A stretch of DNA of 63,448 nt, counting the filler, from Phoronis australis (Eukaryota > Animalia > Phoronida), in the NCBI GenBank assembly GCA_002633005.1. It is 5 parts of 5 records of this genome, joined end to end, with 100 filler letters (N's around TTAATTAATTAA, not from the genome) between each part and the next. Parts side by side here need not be neighbours in the genome. Positions count along the whole stretch, not along the records: positions 1 to 18,386 come from NMRA01001466.1; positions 18,487 to 41,276 come from NMRA01000444.1; 3 more parts are not named here. One strand, 5' to 3'. Below the pieces are notes generated by a model. It searched no databases. It saw only the letters and a list, made by a program, of their open reading frames with translations, and was not told where the DNA came from. How positions within the stretch are numbered: the first letter of the stretch is position 1; every line of letters starts with the position of its first letter. The translations under genes were made by a program, and so were the position numbers. This document shows, in pieces, positions 12,201 to 24,949 of this stretch.

Positions 12201-15200
12201 CTCAGCAGCTGCTACAGAGAAAGAACAGAAATGTGGCTTTGAATAGAGAAATTAGAATTACTCTCAAGCATTCTTCAGGGGCTTATTTCGTGGAAATTTT
12301 TGTCTCGGCTTTGACCAACAGAATAACTTCAGGGAAAATTGTGTTACCTTTGTTTAATAAGAATTTTCACTAGCAAAACTAACTTCGAAACTGTTCTTAG
12401 CAAAGACCGAAATTTAGCTGACTATTAACCATGTTTAGGATCTGATGTTTGGTCAAAATGACTAAAATATATTAACATGTCAGATGTCACTATTTACAAA
12501 ACATTTACAGTCTGTTGGTCAGACCTAGTTAATCAAATTTGAAGAGTGCCTGTACAACACTCAAAAGGTGGACACCTCCATAGGTGGCACATGTTCAAAA
12601 CTGAGCGACTGAGAAAATGGATACTACGGGTAATACCAAATGAAAAACTACTGGAAATGACACCAAGTTAAACTAATGGTACCAGACAATATCTCTAAAC
12701 CCAAATACCTAATTGCAGACAATACCACAATGCCAAAACAGCGACCCCCCCAGAAGACGGCAAAATACACACCAACCCCTGGAAGCCCCCTGAGGCAGCT
12801 AAACAACCAAATTTGCTGCTTTGCGGCACCTTTGAGCAGACACTACTTCCCCCCGTAGTACCTTCGATAGTAAACTGGATTCTCCCCCATTACCATGGCT
12901 CCCCTGTTGTAAACAGACGCCCATTTGACATTTATCACTCATCACACCCCAGTCGACTTACCCGCCTCACGAGCAGCAGGAGTAGAGCCTGGCTTCACTG
13001 TGTTACATGCAGGACACTGAGCCACTTCAGCAGCATTCACAATATAACACCCAGTACAGGTCCAACTATCAGCTGGAGGCTTGAACTTTGACATGAGGTC
13101 ATCCACAGGCTTACTTTCAGCAGCGACTACTGTGGTTGTGTCTGGCACAGGCTCTGATGGTTTCGTCGGTGACACTTGTTTAGCCTTCTCAACCATTTTA
13201 TCTACCTGTAAACAATGAGGCAAAGGTTACGATAAATGGATAATGTACACCAGAGTATCTTGTTGAAAACATTAACAGAGCACTGAAGCAAGAATTTTCA
13301 ATTCCTTTCCAGACCTCTGGTTTGCTGTTATTGACAAAGCTTTTCATTTACTAGCTCCCACAATTCGGTCAATAATGTGTAGTACACTTTTGTCTAAATT
13401 TTAAAGACGAACTGTTTTTCTATGTTTCATTACAAGGCACGTTTTCCAAAACTGCGACAGCTATTTGGAACTTACACAATACCTTAAACAACACACAGGG
13501 ACAAATGATTAAACACCCATAAAATTACAACTTGGGAATTTATATGTACCTGAAACATTTTTGGACTGACCAGATCATTGTCTGCGAATGACACACTTAT
13601 AAATACAGGTCACGATATTGTGAGTAACTGGGTGGAAATGCAATTTCATTCGAAATTTTATGACTAAATACATTTGTTAAGTCTTTGAGTGACCACCTTT
13701 AAAAGAAGACTCCAGCATTACCTCAGTCTTGAACTGTTTTGCTTGGTCCTTGGTCTTGAAGCGAATGCAAAACTTTTCTGGTCTAGGTTTGTCCTCGGCA
13801 AAGTCCATGGTGTACCATATCCACGTCACTCCTGGCTGACTTCCCTCCACCAGATTCAACTCTGCCGTGATGGAACTGTTCAAACAGAGCTTAAGAATCT
13901 GGTCTCTTCTCATCAGCAGCCGAGCCCGGCCCGTGGTCTCATTTAGTAAAACTTTGACCTGACCGAGGCCTCGCTCTTTCCATTCCTTATCATCCCAGCG
14001 GTAGAGCTTGGCACGTGATTCAAATAGGACGATTTCATCCTCTTCGCCACTCTTCACATCCACTGTGTCAGGCAGAGGAATGACGGGCTCAAAGTGGGGA
14101 CCTGACCAACACATGGTGATTATGAGATTATTGAACATTAAACATGGTTATGTCACTTAATAGTTTATTAATTTGTATATGTAAGCGTGTAGCCAATTAT
14201 ATACAAAAACCGGAAAATTTTGATGGAAATTTCATGAGCTACCCAGTCGTGGAGAAGGTGATGATTTTCAAAATGAAATGACGTTTAAAATGAAGTTTAA
14301 TTGTTTTAAAGCAATGTTTTGAGAAGTAAAATGAATGAATAATCATAATTTGCCATAAAAAAATTTGACCTACATGTCGTGAACACATCCACTAAAACAA
14401 GAAACTGTAGGAACACCGCATTTATCCACCTTCACTCTTATCAGGCTTCTATTGTGAGTCAGCATGCGTGAATAATTGGCTGATAAGCCACCTCTGGAAC
14501 TACTTTGGGCTGAATGGATGACCAGGCCATAAAATGATAATTAGCCAAGACCAGTTACTATAATGCAACAAAGAACAAGTAATAATGTCTTGCATCACCT
14601 AGCCTTGGTGGAAAGCTGTATACTGTATTGGCTCAAACAAACGCTTAGAAAAATTCATTTCACGGGGAGGGGACGCTTATTGTAGTGAGCCTACGGCAGT
14701 TGAAACCCGGTTTCCCAAACGGGTAAAATCGGAAGCTAGGATTCATCAAATTTACGCTCTGTGACGTATTTGTAGCCTATGACAGCCTTTCTACAAAATT
14801 GTGGTGCATTGCTATCAACTTCCGTTGTTAAATTACGATAATTTTTCAAAAAATTGTGCTCATCACAGGGCGAAAACTTGCCGACTGATGCGTCGCTGAA
14901 TCGCGATCGTCAATAGGAAAACTTGTACTCTTGAATAAAAATATAGTTTCGACTCAACAAATTACCTGAAATCTTCCTGATGTTTTACAATTTTTAAAGT
15001 TCCTGTGGAGTCCAGATTAATTGCGATTAAGTCCAAATGTGCGCTACATCGTACTCCACAACACGAGAAAAATCTCTGGATGAACACACATGTTGTTGTC
15101 ACGTGACGTTTGTTTTGAAGGTCGTCTGCGTATGAGAGTGAGTGAGCGTGCGTGTGCGGGTCATCGACGATAGACTTTTTTGTTACAAAAGGCGGAGGAT

Positions 15201-18200
15201 TATGCAAGAAAATGGCGTTTACTAGATTGTTTTTCACTTAAACGGCTGTAACGTGCAAGGTGAGTGCGCTCGCAGAGTCACATCTCGGAAGTTTCCGGTT
15301 TGACGGATGACAAAGAACGATCTCAATGAAATTACACAAAGTCGTTTTAGAGCTTGTAATAGCTATACAAAACGTATTTTGAGTATTAAAATGCATTTTT
15401 TCCAAAACCTAAATAACACACGGAGTAGTTCTACATTTATACAATCCTAACTTGGGTCCTATATTTTTGTATTCGTGCGCGCCGAATGAAAGTAATCGTG
15501 AGTGTTTCTGTGTTGCAAAATCTCTTATCCTGGGCCGATTTGAAAAATTCAAAGTTGTATTCGTATTTGTTTTCGCTCCTCTTTTCAAATATTACAGTAA
15601 AAACTACGTAAAATTCTCTCCATAAAAAGTACAGTTGTTAGGCTAGACTGTAATCAGCTGATCATATCCGCATGAGCGAAGTCAATTATCCTCGCTCGTG
15701 ACTCGATGAATAGAGCAGCTTGGCGGCATCCCTTTGAGCATGAGCCGAGCGCGTCTCAGCCAAGGTGGATAAATACGGTCTAGTTCAATTTTCCATACCC
15801 CGCCGTTTACCTTAAACACCGGGGTTAGAACCAATTTTATTTAGTGGGAATGTTCATAGCATGTAATTTTCACCGAAAGCTACTTTTGCAGTCTAGTCAG
15901 AAAATGGAGTTTCCGACGTAAGACTCATTTTGTCGTGCTGAGTCACATTTATGTTATCGTGTTTGTCTTAAAATTGTACACTACAGCTGGCTGGTGTTAA
16001 TATACGTTATACCGGAGTAAATATATATCAGGACATTGACATTGGTTAACAGTTAACATCTGGCCACCATATTTATTCATCTAACTTACCTGTAGCCGAT
16101 GTTGGCGCAAAACCAAACGTAAACGCCGCTGATGATGGAGTGCCAAATGAAAAGCCTGAAAATGAAAGCATGAATCCTTCAGACACAACACCACAACTCT
16201 ATCACCTTGTATTAGTATAATTAGTAGACAAGAGATCAAAGTGTCTCTTAAAGGACTTAAACTGGAACTAGTAGATGGCTTCCAAACAGACACAAGATCG
16301 ACGAAATACTAATGTATCACCAACAGTAACAACTCACCTGTTGCTGAGCTGGTGGAGGCTGCCTGCTCGCTTGACTTGTCGTCAGACACCTGTGCAGGTG
16401 GTTTAAAGGAGAACCGCCCAACGGCGGAAGAACCAAATGTGAAACCACCACCGGTATTCATGGAAAAGGCTCCTGTAAACAGTCTAAGTATTAAAGTTTT
16501 CTCACAAATCAGCTAAAAACTCATTTGTTCACTGCTGAACAAAGTAGGCCTCGTTAAGTGACAAGTAGGCATTTAATTTTTGACTTCATACCAATTTTAT
16601 GCATTTTCATTTTTTAATCAAAATCATAAAGTCCTATTTTATGGTAGCCCCCGTGCAAAAGTGGACATTTTTAAAAACAATTCCTACAAGAGTTTTGTTG
16701 AGCAGTGCATAAAGCATGGCATATAATAGTTTCATATGAATCTAGACAGCAATTTCAGATATGATGTTGTGAGGTTGGCCAAATTTGGCTCTATTTTGAG
16801 AATCCTAGAAAACCATCACGCTAAAGATTTGAGATTAAAGTTGAAATTTCTAGGTTCCAACCAAAGTTTGTACCTCAATTGTACCTGTCATCAAGCACAA
16901 CATGGATTACAAGCTCAAGCACTCATTTCGAAACCTTGACTTACCACCAATAATTTAAAAGTAAACCTGTTTGCAACTGCTAATAGGCGATGCCAACTCT
17001 TCCCACTTTAGTCCCTTAATTTACCTGCTCCTGTAGTGGGTGTAGTCTTTGAGTCAGCTGGTGTAGAGCCTGGCTTCACAGTCTCACATGCTGGACAGCG
17101 TGTCACTTCCTCTCTATTGACAATATAGCATCCATTACAGGTCCAGCTATTGGCTGGAGGCTTGAACTTTGCCATGAAGTTATCCACTGGCTTACTCTCA
17201 GCAGCTGCTACAGTGAAAGAACAGAAATGTGGCTTTGAATAGAGAAATTAGAATTACTCTCAAGCATTCTTCAGGGGCTTACTTTGTGAAAATTTTTGTC
17301 TCGGCTTTGACCAACAGAATAACTTCAGGGAAAATTGTGTTACCTCTGTTTAATAAGAATTTTCACTACCAAAACTAACTCTGAAACTGTTCTCAGCAAA
17401 GACCGAAATTTAGCTGACTATTGACCATGTTTAGGACCTGATGTTTGGTCAAAATGACAAAAATATATTACCATGTCCGATGTCAATATTTACAAAACAT
17501 TTGCAGTCTGTTGGTCAGACATAGTTAATCAAATTTGAAGAGTGCCTGTACTCCACTCAAAAGGTGGACACCACCCTAGGTAGCACCACATGTTCAAAAC
17601 TGAGCAACTGAGAAAATGGGTACTACGGGTAATACCAAATGAAAAACTCTACTGGAAATGACACCAAGTTAAACTAATGGTACCAGACAATATCTCTAAA
17701 CCCAAATACCTAATTGCAGACAATATCACAATGCCAAAACAGCGACCCCCCAGAAGACGGCAAAATACACCAACCCCTGGAAGCCCCCTGAGGCAGCTAA
17801 ACAACCAAATTTGCTGCTTTACGGCACTTTTGAACAGATACTACTTCCCCAGCAGTACCTTCTCTAGTAAACTGAATTCTCCCCCATTACCATGGCTCCC
17901 CTGTTGTAAACAGACGCCCATTTGACATTTATCACTCATCACACCCCAGTCCACTTACCCGCCTCACGAGCAGCAGGAGTAGAGCCTGGCTTCACTGTGT
18001 TACACGCTGTACACTGAGCCACTTCAGCAGCATTCACAATATAACACCCAGTACAGGTCCAACTATCAGCTGGAGGCTTGAACTTTGACATGAGATCATC
18101 CACAGGCTTACTCTCAGCAGCGACTACTGTGGTCGTGTCTGGCACAGGCTCTGATGGTTTCGTGGGTGACACTTGTTTAGCCTTCTCAACCCTTTTATCT

Positions 18201-18202
18201 AC
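9294..18202 (-). CDS. RANBP2: RanBP2/Nup358-like nucleoporin, partial multi-exon chain (ZnF-ZnF-FG-FG-RanBD-ZnF-ZnF-FG-FG-FG)
   Basis: Ten AG/GT-bounded exons splice in frame without stops: 17959-18202, 17025-17207, 16338-16472, 16090-16155, 13722-14101, 12962-13205, 12029-12211, 11342-11476, 11094-11159, 9294-9341. They encode a RanBD preceded by GPHFEPVIPLP, W-x-C-x2-C-x3-N-x6-C-x2-C fingers and FxFG motifs. Neither gene end is in the window; this may be a partial paralogue. Confidence 0.8.
9501..10950. mobile_element. Non-autonomous DNA transposon 'element A' (Sola-like), 1450 bp
   Basis: ~34-bp TIRs GTGACCCAGCACCACAAAATGAGTCTTAAGTCGG / CCGACTTAAGACTCATTTTGTCGTGCTAGGTCAC, flanked by ATTT on both sides. 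A 4-bp AWWT TSD is typical of Sola. No intact ORF. Confidence 0.8.
11094..11476 (-). CDS. RANBP2: Two FG-rich exons (11342-11476, 11094-11159); copies at 16338-16472/16090-16155 and 6581-6715/6333-6398
   Basis: GAFSMNPVGGFTFGSSSVGGFSLKPPAQ... and GFSFGTPSSAAFTFGFAPTSAT; both phase 1-1 with canonical AG/GT. Confidence 0.75.
12029..12211 (-). CDS. RANBP2: RanBP2-type zinc finger exon (ZnF-b), phase 1 to 1; absent from the ORF track
   Basis: Manual translation AAAESKPVDNFMAKFKPPANSWTCNGCYIVNREEVTRCPACETVKPGSTPADSKTTPTTGA; tctgtag acceptor, gtaaat donor. Confidence 0.88.
12962..13205 (-). CDS. RANBP2: RanBP2-type zinc finger exon (ZnF-a), phase 0 to 1
   Basis: KFKPPADSWTCTGCYIVNAAEVAQCPACNTVKPG; ttacag acceptor, gtaagt donor. 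Confidence 0.88.
13722..14101 (-). CDS. RANBP2: Ran-binding domain (RanBP1-type) exon, phase 1 to 0
   Basis: GPHFEPVIPLPDTVDVKSGEEDEIVLFESRAKLYRWDDKEWKERGLGQVKVL...RLLMRRDQILKLCLN...FCIRFKT; acceptor cag at 14102-14104, donor gtaatg; 380 nt. Confidence 0.95.
14206..15946. mobile_element. Truncated element A (right end only) interrupted by element B
   Basis: 14206-14372 and 15864-15946 match the right arm of element A, ending agtcac|attt. Confidence 0.7.
14373..15863. mobile_element. Non-autonomous DNA transposon 'element B' (CMC/EnSpm-Mirage-like), 1491 bp, TSD TA
   Basis: Imperfect TIRs CATGTCGTGAACACATCCACTAAA / CATGCTATGAACATTCCCACTAAA; 2-bp TSD shown by the empty site ttgaccTAatattcacc at about 10871. 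Confidence 0.85.
17025..17207 (-). CDS. RANBP2: Duplicate ZnF-b exon
   Basis: Matches 12029-12211 with intact splice sites. Confidence 0.85.
17959..18202 (-). CDS. RANBP2: Duplicate ZnF-a exon
   Basis: Near-identical to 12962-13205 (WTCTGCYIVNAAEVAQCTAC) with intact splice sites. Confidence 0.85.
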
Positions 18203-18386
18203 CTGTAAACAATGAGGCAAAGGTTACGATAAATGGATAATGTACACTAGAAAAAACATTAACAGGGCATTTGAGCAAGAATTTCTAATTCCTTTCCAGA
18301 CCTCTGGTAAGCTGTAATTGACAAAGCTTTTCATTTACTAGCTCACACAATTCGATCAACTTGTGTAATACACTTTTGTCTACATT

Positions 18387-18486
18387 NNNNNNNNNNNNNN
18401 NNNNNNNNNNNNNNNNNNNNNNNNNNNNNNTTAATTAATTAANNNNNNNNNNNNNNNNNNNNNNNNNNNNNNNNNNNNNNNNNNNN
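18387..18486. other. Artificial 100-bp assembly spacer N44-TTAATTAATTAA-N44 (also centred at 41321, 55862 and 62155)
   Basis: The same 12-mer, which has stops in all six frames, sits inside Ns four times. Confidence 0.95.
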
Positions 18487-21400
18487 GTGACGATTCTCTG
18501 AGTGTGCAGGGCTAGCCTGGACTGAAAGTGAAATATCTCGGCCAAAACTTCATCGATTTTCGTGGGAGAAAAACGCTTGTTTTCAGAATTTTACGAGGAA
18601 TTTGTTGGTGAATCTTTTACATGTTATTGAAAAAGGCGAAAATACAAACGCGCGAGTCATATTTCTTCAGGCAGCCCTTAGCGGCTTCACGGGCAATAAA
18701 ATGTAATCGACCGAATAGATTCGTCGACCACAGATTTACCCTGTGGTTTTTCCGCTTGATCCCAGACCGCCCCGAGTTGCTCCAGCAGCCAACTCGGGGC
18801 GGTCTCTCACGAGGGTTTAGCGTTATGTATATATACATACACTTAATTCCAGGAGAGCACATGTAACTGAGTAGAGGCGTAGCCGCAGATTTAGTTCTTC
18901 GTGACTTGATCCGTCACTCACCAATTAATTCACATTGTCAACAAGTCGACACATTCCAATCTACAAGTCAGAATTTTTCTGTCCAAACAACCCCAGGTCT
19001 ACGTTTTTTTAAAGTGACATGAATGTCAATTTTGGTATTTTATTGGTGATTGTTTTTCAAAGTAAACTTAAAGGCATTTCTGACCTCTGATTTTTGAAAA
19101 ATAATTTATTGGCTTTATCATCACTACGCACTGAAAATGAAGACATCCGTCAGGGATATAAGGCATTAAATTTATACAAACCATATGCTAGTATATAAAA
19201 ATTCTTTACATGATTAGCCAATGATTTTACTAATCGACCCTAGATATTCAACCATTTTACCAATGCATAAGACTGACAAGAGTTTATAACTGTAATTGCA
19301 AAGCTATATCGTGTAAAGCCAAACTCGATTCTAAATCTTATACTATTTCGATCAGGCTTCTTCCACTGTTCCTTTCACCAGTTTGTTGATCACATTTGAC
19401 AGAGGGAGTTTGCGACTGACAGGATGGAATCCGGTGAAAAAATATGATACCAATTCATTTTGAGATGGGAACTGAGATAAGAGCCGAAAAAAGGGCAGAT
19501 TTGCGATTGAGAGGCTTCCATGAAAGTTTACCTTTTGGAGGTACACCTTTAGACTTTCGTAGGAATTGATGGAAAGCCGCGTTTTTATCTTTTGATTCCT
19601 GAAACAGCTCAAAAGTGAGTTCACCTTTTGAACCCTTGGTTTATAAATACTACCTTTCTGTTGCTGTTTGCAATTGGAAACTGGCTCCCTGTTTTTCTAG
19701 TTAAGTGTCGTACTTCGAGGTAAGCCATTTGGCGGAAAATCAATGGGAAAGAGATTTTGTGGAAATGAAGCCACCCTCCTTCGTAATGCTTTTGGTTGTA
19801 AATTTGCAAGAAATTGCAGTGACACGTCCCGTCAGTCCTCGATCCCCGTCACCAGGTATAGTTTACGTTTTCGAAGAACAGGTTTCGCTATTTATGTTTT
19901 AGCGTTCATTCACTTCTAGGACAGATATAGAAAAAACAATTTGGTTGTTTAAAAGAACGCGTTACCACACCAAGTAGCCTGAATCAAGGTCTTCGCAAAG
20001 TTCGTGTTTTGAAACTTTAATTACTGTACTCTATCTTCCTTTCTTAGTTAACAATGATTGAATTTGTCAACTGTAACTCGTATTATAATCTGAATTCCAA
20101 TTTTATGTTTAGTCCAGTCAAATGATACTTGGAGCGCCCTCTTTAGCTAACTTGTCAAAATTCGTATACATAACCACACTGGCTAAGTCCATTATACATT
20201 GTATCTAACATCGACTCTCATGTTGACATTGACCCGAATCAAGCGTTATATATCGGACACACAAGATGCTCTCTCTCCCGAGACTGATATGTCCGGACAT
20301 TTGCAGGGTCCGGTTCATCCAGGACCATGCTTTCGCGAATATGACCGGAAAATAAGTAGGACAGAAATTACAGACAATACAACTAATACCATGTATGTGA
20401 TGACACATTTGATTAACGATTTTGAATTGATTTCCCTATTCATCACTGAAGAAAACGGGCTGAAAACGAGCCGCTCATTGGTGTGTATACATGTACACGC
20501 TGGCCTTGTTCCTACAGAATTTCAAGCCCTTCCCGTGTCTAAGGTTTACAATACTCTGCTTGTATGCCCTTTTGCCTGCTGTCACCGTTTAATTCAGTTT
20601 ATCTCGTTTCCACCACGTCCATTTGGCCTGCTTCCCCCTGCATGTTCTCGTTATTAAGCAAGTGCATTAACTTGTTTTTCTGTTAGTATATGTTTCTCGG
20701 GGGCTTTACTTCGTAACTTCACGGCGTGTATAGGGTTATTCTAGCGAGCATTGATACACTGTAAGCTGTCTAACACCGAGTACCTTACAATTGTATGGCC
20801 AAACAAATTTGAGTCTACCGAACAACATCGCCATTAGATCTCTATTTTCGTAAACGCTGACCAAATGCAGCTTTAAATATACATGTAGACCCTGACATTT
20901 CCTGAGAAGACTTAGCATCGCGAGGATTTCTAGTGCAACCACGGAGATCAGGGTTCGATTCTGCACCGAGACAGAAGATCACTTTAAGTGTCTTGCCTAG
21001 GATGTTTTCACTTGAGTTATGCAACATGGCGAGATGATTACATCTATTACGACAACCAAACCCTTTTCATGTTTCCACGTGTACGTATAAAGTGACGACT
21101 TTCGAAGAGATCTATGTTGACAAGAGTATAAATTGCAAAAATTCACTTGTCATCTGCCGGTAGGCTAAACTTTTAACATTGTAGCACTCAAACAGTTATT
21201 GGGACAGACTGTGCGTGTTGCACCTGTATGTATGATGATATAGGAACGCAGACACAAGTAGAGGCCTAGTTGAATTTTTATATTCCGTGTCAGTTTTAGG
21301 CTTGATAGCCCGTTGCTGACATCACCCCTTCATCTGTGCGTTTTACTGGCAAAATAATCCGTGACACAGGACAGATTACACTAATAAGGTTTTCCCACTA

Positions 21401-24400
21401 AGGACAAATGGACCACAACTGGTTAATTTTACTTTATAATCCATGTGTTGCATGCACAGGGTGTGCGCAATGTGCTAATGGAAACATGCCTTGAGAGATT
21501 GGCTATTTATAGCATAACTATAGGAAATGTTGTTGTTTTGTAGCTCTTATAACAGCTAAATCTCCCAAAAGACCATGCAACAACAAAATTAAGACCCCAC
21601 AACGTTAATCACACATTATAAATGAGTTCAAAATAACTCCTTGCGTCCACTTATACAACATGTTTACACAAAACGTGATAATCCTTCATATGATGGAGAC
21701 ATAAAATGACGTCCATGTACTAGAAATTTTACTTTGTTCACTTTGAAGTGGTAAAAAATGTCTTCATAGGTTCTATTCGTATATTTTGGATATGTAATTT
21801 TTAAACGATGATGACTTCTATCAACGTTTGTATGTAGCAATTATTTTCCACAGCCAATGAAAACATCACGTCAACGGAATTCTCTGGTCATGGAATGCCT
21901 ACTGCTGCACGTCACCGAGCGTGCGGTACAGATATTAGCCGCAAAATTTTGGACTGTGAATTTTTGGTGATTCGGGTGCTGTAAATTTAAATCCTATCAA
22001 ATTTCATTATTTCAATTTCATTTTTGTTAATCAAGCGAGAATTTTGAAATGCGTTGCCTTCCAGCATCGATTTCCTGGGAAAATTTGTCAAGAAACCCGA
22101 CAATTGCTTGAGTCGTTTTTTAAGAAGCACTGACCTTTGGCGTTGGTTGGATGTCAGAAAAAGTCTGGCCTCTGATATTTTTACGTCTCCATTTTTAGAA
22201 CCAGTTTCTATTACCTTTCAATCAACATGCTAAGAGTTTTTCAACATGCCGTTTTTGGCTTAAAAATCGTATTACAGTATTTAGTTAGAGATGTGATATT
22301 TGGTTTCTGAGAGATTGTTCTGTAGATATAAATAGAAATTTTAGGCCTCACTAACAGGTTTGTTTAGGTAACTTTCGAAATGCTACTCGTATTTGCAAAG
22401 ATAAGTGTTTGCGAGGTTACATGCATTAATTATTAGTGTTTTAATTTGTTCTACAATAATTCATTTCGGCAATGTTAACACATTGTCTAGATATTTTCGA
22501 TTAATTTCATTTTCGAGCAGTTAATGTTATCTATAGATTTTACTTACTGTATGCCCGTGAATTAAACGTTAAAAAATAAAAGGTATACCTTGTAAAAGAA
22601 TCTAATACCATACTTTGTGTTGGGGAGAGCGTACATTGTAGTTGTGAATTGTACCGCACTATTGCGGTATTTTTCCCGCAAATGTACATTTTTAAGACAC
22701 AGCGGTATTGACCTATTATCACAGATACTATAATAACTTTTCTACTCGAAATAGTCCTAAAATTCCGTCCATGAATTAGGGTGTTACAATTATGCATACC
22801 AAAAAAGGAGTTCTAAATGTCTCACTTTAATTAATATGTTTAAAAACAAGAAAAAGTTAGAACAGTTTGTTATTAAAAATCGTTCTTTGTTTTTAAATTA
22901 ATAAAAGCAAATATTAATTTCTGAACCTCAGAAGTGGACCCCCTTTATTCGTACTGGAGGCCCCACCCCAAGGCCGTTCAGAGTGAGGGCCTATGAATTG
23001 ATATGCGAGAACCCCATCTGAAGACCACTATGGGCACAATGTGTTAATATAAAGAGACTCTCTCTTTCCGTGTGCTGGCTAAGTGGTGTAGTGGTTGATA
23101 AAAATATGTAGACACGGCCAACCACCTTTTTAATATTGATCGTATCGCCAACATACCGTAAATTACCAATTTCGTGAGGCGTAGACGCAAAACTCAAAAT
23201 CACCTGTATTTGCTTTGAAGTGGGGCGTGCAGTTTTAATACAATCCTTTCTACAGCAGGTCAACCAAAATACAGGACCAGTTGAAAGCTNGGGCGGGTAG
23301 AGAGTTTTCCAGGACTTTGCCCGTCAGACATTCGCACCACCGAACGGACAAATGCAATGTGGGAGGATTTAAGGGGCCATGTCCCCTCTTATATCTGCCG
23401 CTGATACTGTTGGTGATAGTTTCAAATGATCCTTAGTGCTCGCAATCTTGATTAGCTACAATTTTGTCAACAACAGCGGTTAGTGGAATTCCAGGGGATG
23501 CAGGATCTTGACCCAATCCCAAAATTACCCACTAGCTTAGCAAATTTCAAGGCTAATCATAGCCACTTAAAGTAGGATCACCCGTGTACTAAGAGATATT
23601 ATTTTACATTATTTGCAAAACCCAATCATGCAGCAGGAGCTTTTAGTTGTTTTTAAGTAGTGTCGTGCAGTTTTCAAAAAATACTATACTGTGCTGGCTG
23701 CCGAATAAGGACAACTGTTCTGCCCTGTACGCGGGACATTGAAGCCAGTTGAACAATTAGTTTAACAGATCGTTTATAAATAATATTAATTCAATAGAGC
23801 ATGAAAATAACCGGCCCACAGTCTTGTTCACCATCTTGTTTAGGTACACTTTTGTCAACAACAGCCGTTAGTGGAATAATAATTTGCGTTTTTGCTAATG
23901 TTAATGGACGATTCGATAGACATAAGGCCTTTACGAAAATGACTTTACACCTTCAAGCGATATAAGGTTTTACAAGTCCATACATGTAACACCTACTGTA
24001 CGAATTGTTTTGTTTAAAGTTGCTTTTTCTCTTCAACGGCAAGGTTTCAAGTACATACCACTGCCTGCATGATAATATTTGATGAGATGTGTAGCTTAAA
24101 CCGACAACTTAATTTGAACTGTTTTACGCACATGTTCAAATGAAGGAGCGCACATATCTCATGCCTTGCATAGGTGCATATGGTGTGGCGTGAAGTCAGT
24201 TCTAACTAAAGAGGCGAGAACAAGGTTGGTAAATGTCATTTATTAAGTACTACAGTTGACAATTGAAATACTGTAACATGAAAGAATGTAAACAAAAATT
24301 CTGAGATCGCTGTACGTAAAGAAACGTGTACTATTCGTAGACTAAAGTTCACCTTGAATGGAATAACGTTAATAGCAAGTTTTCAAAAATGTATATGTAA

Positions 24401-24949
24401 ATGAAGCGCAGACAACCTAAAGGTATGGTACAAAAGGTACACCAACTCACGTCTTTTTGCTTTCATATCGTCTTTTAAGACATATGGGAAGTTTTCGACT
24501 AATATGTGAATCCAGTCATCCACAAAACTTACGAATTAAAATAGAAGATGACATCAAACAGCGCATTGTGCAATAATTGGGTAATAAGAAATGAGTAATT
24601 TAGGCAAAATCGCTGAAAATTTTTAGACAACATCACCCTTGTCCTTCCACCCGACTTAATTCAATTCGCTAATGCACATTCTTGAGCTGACGTTACAAAA
24701 ACCTTATACATACACCGGAGCAGATGCATTGACGACTAAACGCACTCCGAGCCACAAATATCGACTCTAGACGGTGCCCCTACTACCCCCAGAACAATGT
24801 TTAAGAAGAAGGATACCAACTGCAGTTGTCATCACGTTTTGGGCAACTGACATAAACACAATACATGTATGTTGAGTAGAAAATGTCAGTGCTTCCGGTA
24901 AGACTTGAAACTAGGTTATACGTGGGACGACCAAGCGTGTAAATCTTAA

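Larger units (their letters stand above)
15864..18386. repeat. Segmental duplicate of about 10875-13400
   Basis: Colinear introns and exons (FG, ZnF-b, ZnF-a) with scattered substitutions and indels. Confidence 0.9.
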
